A DNA stretch of 34,478 nucleotides, from positions 1 through 34,478 of the IMG/VR virus record IMGVR_UViG_3300032305_001786; one strand, given 5' to 3'. Shown here piece by piece: positions 1 through 8,362 of this stretch; the stretch's first letter is position 1; each line of letters begins with the position of its first letter. The notes under the pieces are model-generated. The model saw nothing but the letters and a program-made list of their open reading frames with translations, searched no databases and was not told the DNA's origin. The stretch comes from a virus (Duplodnaviria; Caudoviricetes). A program made the position numbers and the translations under genes.

Positions 1-2
1 AT

Positions 3-764
3 ATTTTTAATCCTAATAATGATCCTACAACAGGACAAATATCAACCCAATATCAACGATTAATATATAATTCAATAAAGGAATTATATTACTCAAACTA
101 TTTAAGTGGAAGTTATAGTTCGCCTATTTCTCAACCAATTTTAATTCCAGGTAATGATACTGAAGGAAATATATTAGTAGGTGGTACTTATACACCATCA
201 TTTGATAATTATTTACAAACAACATTATCATATCCTCATTATTTTCCAACTGAATCAAATACTATAATAGGAGTATTAGCAATACCATCTAGATTATTTG
301 GAGATAACATACAACCAAATAGTTTTTATTATAAAACATCTAATGGAACATATATTGATGATGGACAGGGAAATCTTATTTCAGGTAGTGATATTGTAGG
401 AAATATTATATATCAACATGGTATGATAATACTAACTACAGGTAGTAATAGTGTTATCAATACTTTCGCAACAAGTTCAAATGTTACTTGTTCTTTTTCA
501 AGCTCATATTCAATATATGAAACTCAATATAAATGTACAATTAGGGAAAATGAATTCAACTTTAGTCAAAACCCTACTTTATTATCCGGAAGTTCTGATG
601 ATACGCTATATGATTTTGCTACTGGTTCTTACTTTACTCCTTACATAACAACAGTAGGTTTATATGATGAACAACAAAATCTAGTAGCCATAGGTAAATT
701 ATCCCAACCATTACCATCATCAAGAACAACAGATATGACAATATATATTAATATAGACAGATAA
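3..764 (+). CDS. Virion structural protein (baseplate/tail-associated), 5'-truncated
   Basis: The frame of ORF 423..764 stays open back to position 3 (IFNPNNDPTTG...). C-terminal PYITTVGLYDEQQNLVAIGKLSQPL resembles tail-collar/baseplate-attachment domains; Ser/Thr/Gly rich. Confidence 0.65.
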   Translation: MFNPNNDPTTGQISTQYQRLIYNSIKELYYSNYLSGSYSSPISQPILIPGNDTEGNILVGGTYTPSFDNYLQTTLSYPHYFPTESNTIIGVLAIPSRLFGDNIQPNSFYYKTSNGTYIDDGQGNLISGSDIVGNIIYQHGMIILTTGSNSVINTFATSSNVTCSFSSSYSIYETQYKCTIRENEFNFSQNPTLLSGSSDDTLYDFATGSYFTPYITTVGLYDEQQNLVAIGKLSQPLPSSRTTDMTIYINIDR

Positions 765-766
765 TC

Positions 767-1228
767 ATGAATTTAGTAGAACCAGTTATAACAGTTGAAG
801 ATTTAATCAACAACGAAAACTTTGACCCAACCCAATATGAAGGTTATATTTATATAACTACTAACTTAGAAACAAATCGTAGTTATATAGGTAAAAAGAA
901 TTTCTTTCATAAAACAAATGTTAAATTAGGTAAAAAAGAACTTGCTACTTTACCTGTAACACGTGGTAGAGCCAAACAAACCAAATTAGTAGTTAAACCA
1001 AGCGATTGGAAAACATATTATGGTTCATCACAGGAAATAAAGGAAGATCTTAAAAAATATCCTAAGGACAAATTTGTACGAGTAATATTAAAACTTTGCA
1101 AATCAAAGAAAGAACTCACATATTTTGAATGTAAATATTTATTTCAATATGGTGTATTAGAAGATTCATCAAAATGGATTAATGATAATATCTTAGGTAA
1201 ATTTTACTCAAAAGATATATATTTATAA
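767..1228 (+). CDS. GIY-YIG endonuclease (T4 EndoII/Seg-like)
   Basis: GYIY...SYIGKK motif, then SDWKTYYGSS, a conserved Glu (YFE) and NDNI. Confidence 0.88.
   Translation: MNLVEPVITVEDLINNENFDPTQYEGYIYITTNLETNRSYIGKKNFFHKTNVKLGKKELATLPVTRGRAKQTKLVVKPSDWKTYYGSSQEIKEDLKKYPKDKFVRVILKLCKSKKELTYFECKYLFQYGVLEDSSKWINDNILGKFYSKDIYL
1220..1227 (+). promoter_or_regulatory. Putative late promoter motif TATTTATA
   Basis: 11 nt upstream of ATG 1239; the same motif precedes portal, scaffold and neck genes. Confidence 0.6.
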
Positions 1229-1238
1229 TAAAATAACT

Positions 1239-2015
1239 ATGAAAAAACAAATATTAAACAAAGAGTTTTGTAGAATGCAAAAACTAGCAGGTCTAATCAC
1301 TGAAAACGAATTAAATGAAGCAGTTGAGGCTAAAGCTTGGTTAGTTGATGAAGAAGATGGTGTTCCAAAAATTTTTCGTTTTGCTACTGTTGAAGATGCT
1401 AAAGATGAACAATTTGATGAAATGGCTGATAACCCATACAATCGCCCATTATTCACTTCATTAGAAGATTTGAAATCTTATTTAGAGGCTCAATATATGC
1501 GTGATTATGATATTGAAAAATATCGTTTTGTAAAAAACCTAAACGAAAACCTAAACGAAAACAAATACAGAGCATCAGATTTTCCTGAAGTAACTGGATT
1601 TGAAGAAGATAATAATAGGATAATCATTACTTTTTCTGATAATACTAAAGATTTAATTGAACCAAGAAATTTTGCTAATAAAGAAGTAGGGTACTCTAAA
1701 TTCCTTGAGTTATTAAATACTATGGATACTGATCCTAAAGCTAAACAAGCAGTAAGTGATTTTTTAGAAATCAAAAGATTTAATGTAATTAGTACAAGTG
1801 ATATTAATAAACTTTTAGCTGACAATGGTGTAGATGAAAAATATTACGCGTCTATGGGTGGTAAAGAAATCGAAGGAGGAACAGAGACATGGATAGATAT
1901 AATAGAAGATATTATAGGTAAACCATACGACTCTGGAAATATCAGTAAAAAAGATGATATGAAAATACAAACATTCATGAATCATCTAAGCCGTTTAGGT
2001 ATTGAAGTAGTATAA
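1239..2015 (+). CDS. Modular hypothetical protein with RMQKLAGLITE leader (putative internal head protein)
   Basis: N-terminal EFCRMQKLAGLITENELNE; internal NLNENLNEN linker; acidic. Confidence 0.75.
   Translation: MKKQILNKEFCRMQKLAGLITENELNEAVEAKAWLVDEEDGVPKIFRFATVEDAKDEQFDEMADNPYNRPLFTSLEDLKSYLEAQYMRDYDIEKYRFVKNLNENLNENKYRASDFPEVTGFEEDNNRIIITFSDNTKDLIEPRNFANKEVGYSKFLELLNTMDTDPKAKQAVSDFLEIKRFNVISTSDINKLLADNGVDEKYYASMGGKEIEGGTETWIDIIEDIIGKPYDSGNISKKDDMKIQTFMNHLSRLGIEVV
1534..1562 (+). repeat. 12-bp in-frame tandem repeat (aaaacctaaacg x2.4) encoding NLNE-NLNE
   Basis: Read directly from the sequence. Confidence 0.85.
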
Positions 2016-2026
2016 AAGATATAAGT

Positions 2027-2054
2027 AAGCTTGGTTCGCCAAGCTTTCTTTTTT
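2027..2054 (+). terminator. Intrinsic terminator (AAGCTTGG-TTCG-CCAAGCTT plus T tract)
   Basis: Perfect 8-bp stem, UUCG loop and T-rich tail just after stop 2015. Confidence 0.75.
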
Positions 2055-2059
2055 ATATT
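2031..2059 (+). promoter_or_regulatory. TTG-N20-TATATT promoter (Bacteroidota sigma70-like)
   Basis: TTG 2031-2033, TATATT 2054-2059; identical spacing at four other sites. Confidence 0.7.
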
Positions 2060-2066
2060 ACTGCTA

Positions 2067-2987
2067 ATGGTAAACCAACTATTAGTCACATTAATGAATT
2101 CTGTACTTAGTACAGGCAAATCTACAGCGAGAGGTAATTACGCGTATACTTGTCCTAAGTGCAATCATCATAAACCTAAACTAGAAATATGTTTAGATGA
2201 AAATAGTCCTGATTTTCAAAAATTTGGATGTTGGGTATGTAAATTTAAAGGTAAAAAGTTAATAAATCTATTTAAAGCAATAGATGTACCTTCAGATAAA
2301 ATACATGAACTAAAATCATTAGTTAAAAGTGATGCAGTTATTGAGAAACAAATAGTTAGTGAACAAGTTAAACTACCTGAAGAATATCAACATGTGTTAA
2401 ATAATCCATCCCATGCTGCTAAACGAGCATTAGCTTATTTAAAAAGTAGAGGTTTAACAGAAGATGATATATTTAAATATAATATAGGTTATTGTGAAAC
2501 AGGAAAATATTCTGATATGATTATTGTTCCTTCATATGATGAATCTGGTACTTTAAATTATTTTGTTGGTAGAAGTTATCTGCCTGAATCAAATAGAAAA
2601 CTCAATCCAGATACATCACGTAATATTATACCTTTTGAAATATTTATAAATTGGAATTCACCAATCATACTATGTGAAGGTATGTTTGATGCCATTTCAA
2701 TTAAACGTAATGCTATTCCATTGTTAGGTAAAAATATACAATCAAAGTTAATGTCTAAAATAGTTTCATCTACTGTTAAAAAAGTATATATAGCTTTAGA
2801 TAAAGACGCTATTAAACAAGCACTTGATTTTTGTGAACAATTAATTAATGAAGGTAAAACAGTACATTTAATAGAGTTAGAAAATAAAGATCCAAATGAA
2901 ATGGGCTTTAAAGCATTTATTAAATTACTATATAACTCAATCCCTCTAACATACTCAGGTTTATTAGAGAAAAAACTACAATTATGA
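2067..2987 (+). CDS. DNA primase (DnaG/T4 gp61-like)
   Basis: Zn finger CPKC...CWVC; TOPRIM motifs ILCEGMFDAI and IALDKDA, KDPNEM. ATG 2067 preferred over TTG 2031. Confidence 0.92.
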   Translation: MVNQLLVTLMNSVLSTGKSTARGNYAYTCPKCNHHKPKLEICLDENSPDFQKFGCWVCKFKGKKLINLFKAIDVPSDKIHELKSLVKSDAVIEKQIVSEQVKLPEEYQHVLNNPSHAAKRALAYLKSRGLTEDDIFKYNIGYCETGKYSDMIIVPSYDESGTLNYFVGRSYLPESNRKLNPDTSRNIIPFEIFINWNSPIILCEGMFDAISIKRNAIPLLGKNIQSKLMSKIVSSTVKKVYIALDKDAIKQALDFCEQLINEGKTVHLIELENKDPNEMGFKAFIKLLYNSIPLTYSGLLEKKLQL

Positions 2988-3751
2988 GTAAAATAAAACA
3001 CTCTTATAATCGAATCTTAGAAATATCTGATGATCATAAACAAATAACTTTACCTGATTCAAGGTATTACCGCCGTAATGGTAACTATTATCCAAGTGTA
3101 ACTTATGTATTAGGTTATTATCCTAAAGGAAAATTCTTTGAAGATTGGTTAAAAAAAGTAGGTTATTCTTCTGAACATATTGTTAAGAAAGCAGCTGAAG
3201 AAGGTACTCAAGTCCATGAAATGATTGAAGAATATCTAAATGGTAATGAAGTTAATTTCCTTAATCAATATGGTAATCCACAATATAGTCCTGATGTATG
3301 GCAAATGTTTTTACGATTTGTAGAATTTTGGGAAATATATGATCCTAAACTAATTGAAACTGAAGTTCATTTATTTTCAGATGAATTAAAAGTAGCAGGT
3401 ACATGTGATTTAATTTGTGAAATTGATAATAAGTTATGGTTAATTGATTTTAAAACATCAAATCATATCCAACCAACATATGAATTACAAACTGCTGTTT
3501 ATGGTCAATGTTATAAAGAATGTTTTGATAAACCAATTGATAACTATGGTATATTGTGGTTAAAATCATCTAAACGTAAGTTAAATAAGGAAAAAATGTC
3601 TGGTAAAGGATGGGAAATAGTGACTTCAGAACGTTCACATGAAGAAAATATAGATATATTTAAAACTGTGAAACGTTTATTTGATTTAGAAAATCCAAAA
3701 GATGCACCTATTTTTACCGAGTTTAAAACATCTGCTAAACGAAAATTATAG
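2984..3751 (+). CDS. PD-(D/E)XK exonuclease (Cas4/RecB-like phage exonuclease)
   Basis: YPSVTYVL, GTQVH, E...AGTCDLI...LIDFKTS, LQTAVY motifs; ATGA overlap with primase. Confidence 0.88.
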   Translation: MSKIKHSYNRILEISDDHKQITLPDSRYYRRNGNYYPSVTYVLGYYPKGKFFEDWLKKVGYSSEHIVKKAAEEGTQVHEMIEEYLNGNEVNFLNQYGNPQYSPDVWQMFLRFVEFWEIYDPKLIETEVHLFSDELKVAGTCDLICEIDNKLWLIDFKTSNHIQPTYELQTAVYGQCYKECFDKPIDNYGILWLKSSKRKLNKEKMSGKGWEIVTSERSHEENIDIFKTVKRLFDLENPKDAPIFTEFKTSAKRKL

Positions 3752-3767
3752 TTCTATTTTTTATCAA

Positions 3768-3775
3768 TATTTATA
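3768..3775 (+). promoter_or_regulatory. Putative late promoter motif TATTTATA
   Basis: Intergenic, upstream of the kinase gene. Confidence 0.5.
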
Positions 3776-3781
3776 AGAGAC

Positions 3782-3810
3782 TTGGCTTCCCCAAGTTTCT
3801 TTATTATATT
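3782..3810 (+). promoter_or_regulatory. TTG-N20-TATATT promoter overlapping a hairpin (3777-3799)
   Basis: TTG 3782-3784, TATATT 3805-3810, ATG 7 nt downstream. Confidence 0.7.
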
Positions 3811-3817
3811 TACACTG

Positions 3818-4642
3818 ATGATAAAATTATTAGAATTATTAAAAGAAATTTCCCAAAATAAAATGGTAGTCATGGCTGGTGGAGCTGGAGCTGGGAAATC
3901 ATATTTGCTTAATAAAGTAAAATCAAAAGTACCAGACGCAAAAATACTTAACCCTGACACATATATTGAGGATAAAGATAGTCCAATGTATAATAGTTTG
4001 ACAAAAGCATCAGCTCAAATTGATGATGTTGATGTACCTAATGCTATAAGTAAAGGAGAGTCATTTATTTGGGATACAACAGCGTCAAACGCTGCTAAAA
4101 TGTTAGGTGGAGAATACCGTCGTAAACAAGTTAAAGGTATATTAAATACTGAAGGATATGATGAAATGATGGTAATGGTTTATACGCACCCTATAGTATC
4201 GTTTTTACGTAATTTTAAACGTGAACGTAAAGTACCTACAGTTGGAGTATTATCAACATGGAATAATGTTTATGGTAATATAGAAGCATATAAAAATAAG
4301 TTAGGTGACAATTTTATATTATATCAAGCACCTGACAAAGAATTTCAAACACAAATTGATGAGTTTAATAATGCTATTAAAAGTGGTCAATTAAAAGAAT
4401 TTTTTAATAATTTACTATCTTCAGGTGAATTTAAATCAACATTTAGAAAAGATAAAGTTGAACCACAATCCCCAGAAGAAATAGAAAAAGCTGAAAAAGC
4501 TAAAGCTCAATCAAAAGCATTAGTAGACGCTCAAATTGATAAACTTCAAAAAGAATTTTCAAATATTGAAAATAAAGTTAAAGATTCTATCATCACTGAT
4601 GAGAACGAAGTAATAAATAAAATAGTTAATTTTATAAAATGA
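3818..4642 (+). CDS. P-loop kinase (zeta-toxin/AAA_33-like) with MIKLLELLKE leader
   Basis: Walker A GGAGAGKS, NPD, DTTA, RNFKRERKVP lid motif. ATG 3818 preferred over TTG 3782. Confidence 0.8.
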   Translation: MIKLLELLKEISQNKMVVMAGGAGAGKSYLLNKVKSKVPDAKILNPDTYIEDKDSPMYNSLTKASAQIDDVDVPNAISKGESFIWDTTASNAAKMLGGEYRRKQVKGILNTEGYDEMMVMVYTHPIVSFLRNFKRERKVPTVGVLSTWNNVYGNIEAYKNKLGDNFILYQAPDKEFQTQIDEFNNAIKSGQLKEFFNNLLSSGEFKSTFRKDKVEPQSPEEIEKAEKAKAQSKALVDAQIDKLQKEFSNIENKVKDSIITDENEVINKIVNFIK

Positions 4643-6099
4643 GTTTAGGTAAATATTTAGCTGAAATAATAATTGAACCTACTCCTAAAAAAGTAGCTTT
4701 ATACCCAGGAGCATTCAAACCACCTCATAGAGGTCATTTTGAACTAGTACAACGTTTATCCAAAGTTGCTGATGAAGTATTAATAGTTATTTCACCTATT
4801 GCTCGTGAAGGAATAACAGCGCAACAATCACTATCAGCTTGGAAATTATATTTACCTATGCTACCTAAAGCTAAGGTAGTTATTTCAGATGTGGCTTCAC
4901 CTGTGACATATGTTTATGATTATATAAAAGCTAATCCACAACAAGATATAGTAGTTGCATTTGGTAAAGGTGAAGAGGAACGTTATAAAGCGCTTTTAAA
5001 TAAAGAGAAATACTCAAATATTAAAATATATGACGCTGGTAATATAGGTGGTTTATCCGCATCTAACTTACGTAATTCTATCAAGTCTAATAATCCAACT
5101 GATATAGCTAAATTTTTACCTCAAGGTATTGAAGTAGCAAATTATATGAATGCTTTAAGTTTAAGTTTAAGAACTGAACCTACATTTAATTCAATTACTG
5201 AAAATCAAGATTTAGATTTTAATAATGCGTTATTAGATTTAACAAAATATTATGTTGATAATGGTTATAATGTAAAACCATTACCTAAAGTTATTATTAA
5301 TAATGATGATATTGAAAATGCTTCTAAATTACTAAGTAAAACAGCTTATTATGACCCAACAAATAATTCAATAACTTTATTTACAGCTGGAAGACACCCA
5401 AAAGATATATTAAGATCATTTTCACATGAAATGATTCATCATATACAAAACTTAGAAAATAGATTAAATAATATTAATACAACTAACACTACTGAGGATG
5501 ATTACTTAAGCCAACTTGAACAAGAGGCTTATTTAAAGGGCAACATAGTTCTTAGAAATTGGGAAGATAGTATTAAAAACAATACAGTTATGAATGAACA
5601 AAAAGAAAAATCAAAATTTATAATATTCTGTGATATGGATGGAGTATTAGTAGATTTTGATAAAGGTTATGAAGAATTAACAGGTTTAAACACTAAACAT
5701 GTTGATGTGCAAGATAGTAATGATTTTTGGAATAAATTTAAATCATCACTTGCGGAAAAAAATATGGAAGAATATGACTATTGGGCTAATCTTAAATGGA
5801 TGTCTGATGGTAAACAATTATGGAACTATATAAAATCATATAATCCATATATATTAACAGCTCCATCACGTGATCCTGGCTCGAAATTAGGTAAAAAAGA
5901 ATGGGTAGAACAGTTAGACAATATGAAAAATATATATTTTCGAGCCGCCCAAAATAAACCTGATTTCTCAGGAAAAAATCGTATACTTATTGATGACCGA
6001 GCTGATACTATTGAAAAATGGAATTCTAAAGGTGGAATAGGTATATTACATACTTCTACTGAAAATACAATTGAACAACTTAAAAAACTAGGATTATAA
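4639..6099 (+). CDS. Three-domain protein: HxGH nucleotidyltransferase, zincin-like metallopeptidase, HAD 5'(3')-nucleotidase
   Basis: PGAFKPPHRGH...SASNLR; HEMIHHIQ...EQEAY; DMDGVLVDF...ILTAP...K...LIDDR. Confidence 0.85.
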   Translation: MSLGKYLAEIIIEPTPKKVALYPGAFKPPHRGHFELVQRLSKVADEVLIVISPIAREGITAQQSLSAWKLYLPMLPKAKVVISDVASPVTYVYDYIKANPQQDIVVAFGKGEEERYKALLNKEKYSNIKIYDAGNIGGLSASNLRNSIKSNNPTDIAKFLPQGIEVANYMNALSLSLRTEPTFNSITENQDLDFNNALLDLTKYYVDNGYNVKPLPKVIINNDDIENASKLLSKTAYYDPTNNSITLFTAGRHPKDILRSFSHEMIHHIQNLENRLNNINTTNTTEDDYLSQLEQEAYLKGNIVLRNWEDSIKNNTVMNEQKEKSKFIIFCDMDGVLVDFDKGYEELTGLNTKHVDVQDSNDFWNKFKSSLAEKNMEEYDYWANLKWMSDGKQLWNYIKSYNPYILTAPSRDPGSKLGKKEWVEQLDNMKNIYFRAAQNKPDFSGKNRILIDDRADTIEKWNSKGGIGILHTSTENTIEQLKKLGL

Positions 6100-6641
6100 T
6101 GAATAGAACATTTGAACAAGACTCACCTGAACAAGAACCATCAGGTTTTTCAGCTATGAAAGCTGAATATGATATAGCAGTTACACCTAAAGAATCAATA
6201 GATGATGCTATTGCTGCTTTTAATGATATTAATAATTATGGAATATATGTTTCAAATATAAGAAACACTGGTGTTAATAAAGCTGAAATAAATAAAGCTA
6301 TAGAAGATTACTTTGGTCCTAATATTCCTGCTAAACGTAAATCTATTGAAAAACAAACAGGTAAAACATTTCCAATTAAGACTAAACAAGCTATAGATGA
6401 TTTTATTAAGTCATTTAGTTCAAAACCTAATTTATTAAAATTTGTTGTTAAAGATGATATGTTGGTTTTTCCACAGAAAAATAACCCAACTAAAGATGTA
6501 ACCAAAAAAATAATCAAAACTGTGTTAGACAACGCTGGAGTAGATTATACTGTTAAAGAAAAAGAAACAACTATGGAATCTAAAGATATTAAATCATTAA
6601 AAGAAGAATTAATATCTAAAATATACAAAAAATTAATCTAA
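6099..6641 (+). CDS. Hypothetical protein
   Basis: 180-aa ORF coupled by TAATG; C-terminal amphipathic helix DIKSLKEELISKIYKKLI. Confidence 0.7.
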   Translation: MNRTFEQDSPEQEPSGFSAMKAEYDIAVTPKESIDDAIAAFNDINNYGIYVSNIRNTGVNKAEINKAIEDYFGPNIPAKRKSIEKQTGKTFPIKTKQAIDDFIKSFSSKPNLLKFVVKDDMLVFPQKNNPTKDVTKKIIKTVLDNAGVDYTVKEKETTMESKDIKSLKEELISKIYKKLI

Positions 6642-6647
6642 CATATA

Positions 6648-7220
6648 ATGTTAAATAAAGAGTTTCAAAAAAAAGACGTCCAACGTCTTCGTAATCTTGT
6701 TCAAGGTAAATATGAAGATAAAACAACAGTTGGAGTAGGTTATTCAAAAAAATATATAAATCATAAAGAAGGTGAAGTTTGGGAAGAGAATGGTAGACAA
6801 TGGACTATAAAAAACGGTATAAAACAAAATGTTACTAAGTTAGATTTAGCTAAAGAAGCACATGTTTTACCATTATTGTGTCCTAAATGTACTAAACCAA
6901 TGAAAATACATATTGATAAACCGTTTTATCAAGTACATAAAATGTGTTTAAATTGTGTTACTGAATTTGAAACAAAACTTAAAATTGAAGGCAAGTGGGA
7001 AGATTATCAAAAACAGATGTATAATAATGCTATTAATAATCTCATAAATGACTTTAAAGATTGGGCTGAGGATGAATTAAAAGAAAATAATAAATCATTT
7101 TCAACTGAAGATGGTATTGTTGAAAATTGGGTTGGTGGTAATAAAGATAAACTAAAGAAAAATATTAATGATTCATTAAAATATTTAGAAGATCTTAAAA
7201 ATAACTCAACAAATTTGTAG
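6648..7220 (+). CDS. Hypothetical Zn-finger protein
   Basis: CPKC...CLNC pair; ORF fills the gap between neighbours. Confidence 0.72.
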   Translation: MLNKEFQKKDVQRLRNLVQGKYEDKTTVGVGYSKKYINHKEGEVWEENGRQWTIKNGIKQNVTKLDLAKEAHVLPLLCPKCTKPMKIHIDKPFYQVHKMCLNCVTEFETKLKIEGKWEDYQKQMYNNAINNLINDFKDWAEDELKENNKSFSTEDGIVENWVGGNKDKLKKNINDSLKYLEDLKNNSTNL

Positions 7221-7260
7221 CATAGCTACTATGTTTTACCTAATAAAATAAATATGGGCC

Positions 7261-7479
7261 GTGATCGACAATCAAGAAAAAATAAAAAATTTCAAACTAT
7301 TAAGCCAAATGTTTTTAATGGTTGGTATGTTCTTCAATCCATTAGGATTCGATATCCTTTTTTACTTAGTCATGAGTTTAACCAATTCATATCTGATTAC
7401 AACACTTCTTTTTTACCTGGTATCAGCATGTTGCTTTGGTGGGTATTTCTTCTTACGTAAAAAAATTAAAGAACAATAG
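7261..7479 (+). CDS. Small membrane protein (2-3 hydrophobic segments)
   Basis: Hydrophobic runs MFLMVGMFF, ILFYLVM, LITTLLFYLVSACCFGGYFFL with a basic tail; GTG start uncertain. Confidence 0.6.
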   Translation: MIDNQEKIKNFKLLSQMFLMVGMFFNPLGFDILFYLVMSLTNSYLITTLLFYLVSACCFGGYFFLRKKIKEQ

Positions 7480-7488
7480 GTTTTAACA

Positions 7489-7496
7489 TATTTATA
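7489..7496 (+). promoter_or_regulatory. Putative late promoter motif TATTTATA
   Basis: Intergenic; context ttttaacaTATTTATA is identical to 24131-24146. Confidence 0.7.
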
Positions 7497-7514
7497 CTAT
7501 ATAATATAATCATA

Positions 7515-8168
7515 ATGGAACAATTTAAAAGAATGCAACAATTGGCTGGTTTAATTACTGAAGGTATGGGAGCATACGAATATGAAAAAGGTAAAGAAGC
7601 TGGTGAAAAAGTTGAAAAGAAAAAAATGAAAAAATCTGAATTAAAAAAGCAGATTAAAGAAATGATCTTAGCTGAGATAGATATTGATTTATCTAATGAT
7701 GATAATTTTTATGATCCAGTAGCTGAAGCTAAGAAAAAGAAAAAAGAAGTTGAAGATATTGAAGTAGATACTAATGTTGATATGGGTACTGAAATGGATA
7801 TGGGTACAGAAATGGACACAGCATCAGTTCCAGCAGCATCAGACGTTCAAAAAGAATTAATGGACGCGTTAGAAGCGGCTAAAGCATCAGGTGATGAAAA
7901 ATTAATTCGTCAAATCGGAAACGCATTAACTTACTTCACTCGTAGTCAGGTATCTAAAGAAGAGAATCCACCATCAATGAATGAAGGTATAGAAGATATA
8001 GAAGTATCAGAGGAATCATATGAGCGTATGAATAATTTAGTTAGCCAAGATGACTATAAAAATTTCATTGATTCTGCTACTAATATTATGAATGATTTAA
8101 CCAAAGATGGATTTGAAGTAAAAGAAGCATTCTATTATCTATATACTAGATTAACAGCTGAAATATAA
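7515..8168 (+). CDS. Acidic modular protein with RMQQLAGLITE leader (putative internal head protein)
   Basis: MEQFKRMQQLAGLITEG; second motif MKKSELKKQIKEMILAE; MNE linker. Confidence 0.78.
   Translation: MEQFKRMQQLAGLITEGMGAYEYEKGKEAGEKVEKKKMKKSELKKQIKEMILAEIDIDLSNDDNFYDPVAEAKKKKKEVEDIEVDTNVDMGTEMDMGTEMDTASVPAASDVQKELMDALEAAKASGDEKLIRQIGNALTYFTRSQVSKEENPPSMNEGIEDIEVSEESYERMNNLVSQDDYKNFIDSATNIMNDLTKDGFEVKEAFYYLYTRLTAEI
7779..7814 (+). repeat. 18-bp in-frame tandem repeat (DMGTEM x2)
   Basis: gatatgggtactgaaatg / gatatgggtacagaaatg. Confidence 0.85.
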
Positions 8169-8192
8169 CAAATACAAACCAAATATAAACAA

Positions 8193-8360
8193 ATGAAACA
8201 AGAGTTATTTGAAAAAATGCAACAGACATGGGATATGTTTATAGCAGAGCATAATGGTAAAACTAAAGCAGCTCATAGTCGTGCTAGAAAATTAGCCAGT
8301 GAATTAAAAAAATTAGTAACTGAATATAAAAAAGCTTCAGTTGCTGAATCAAAATTATAA
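8193..8360 (+). CDS. Histone H1-like (Hc1-type) small basic protein, 55 aa, absent from the ORF track
   Basis: MKQELFEKMQQTWDMFIAEHNGKTKAAHSRARKLASELKKLVTEYKKASVAESKL; the KAA-x-x-RARK...EL...L..EY[K/R]KAS pattern is as I recall it for the Bacteroidota Hc1-like family. Confidence 0.75.
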   Translation: MKQELFEKMQQTWDMFIAEHNGKTKAAHSRARKLASELKKLVTEYKKASVAESKL

Positions 8361-8362
8361 TT

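Noticed and set aside
767-1228. Intron-encoded homing endonuclease
   Set aside because: Free-standing gene abutting complete neighbours; no split host gene or intron structure seen
2984-3751. Cas4 gene or CRISPR system
   Set aside because: No repeat-spacer array or other cas genes seen; a primase-linked PD-(D/E)XK exonuclease is ordinary in large phages
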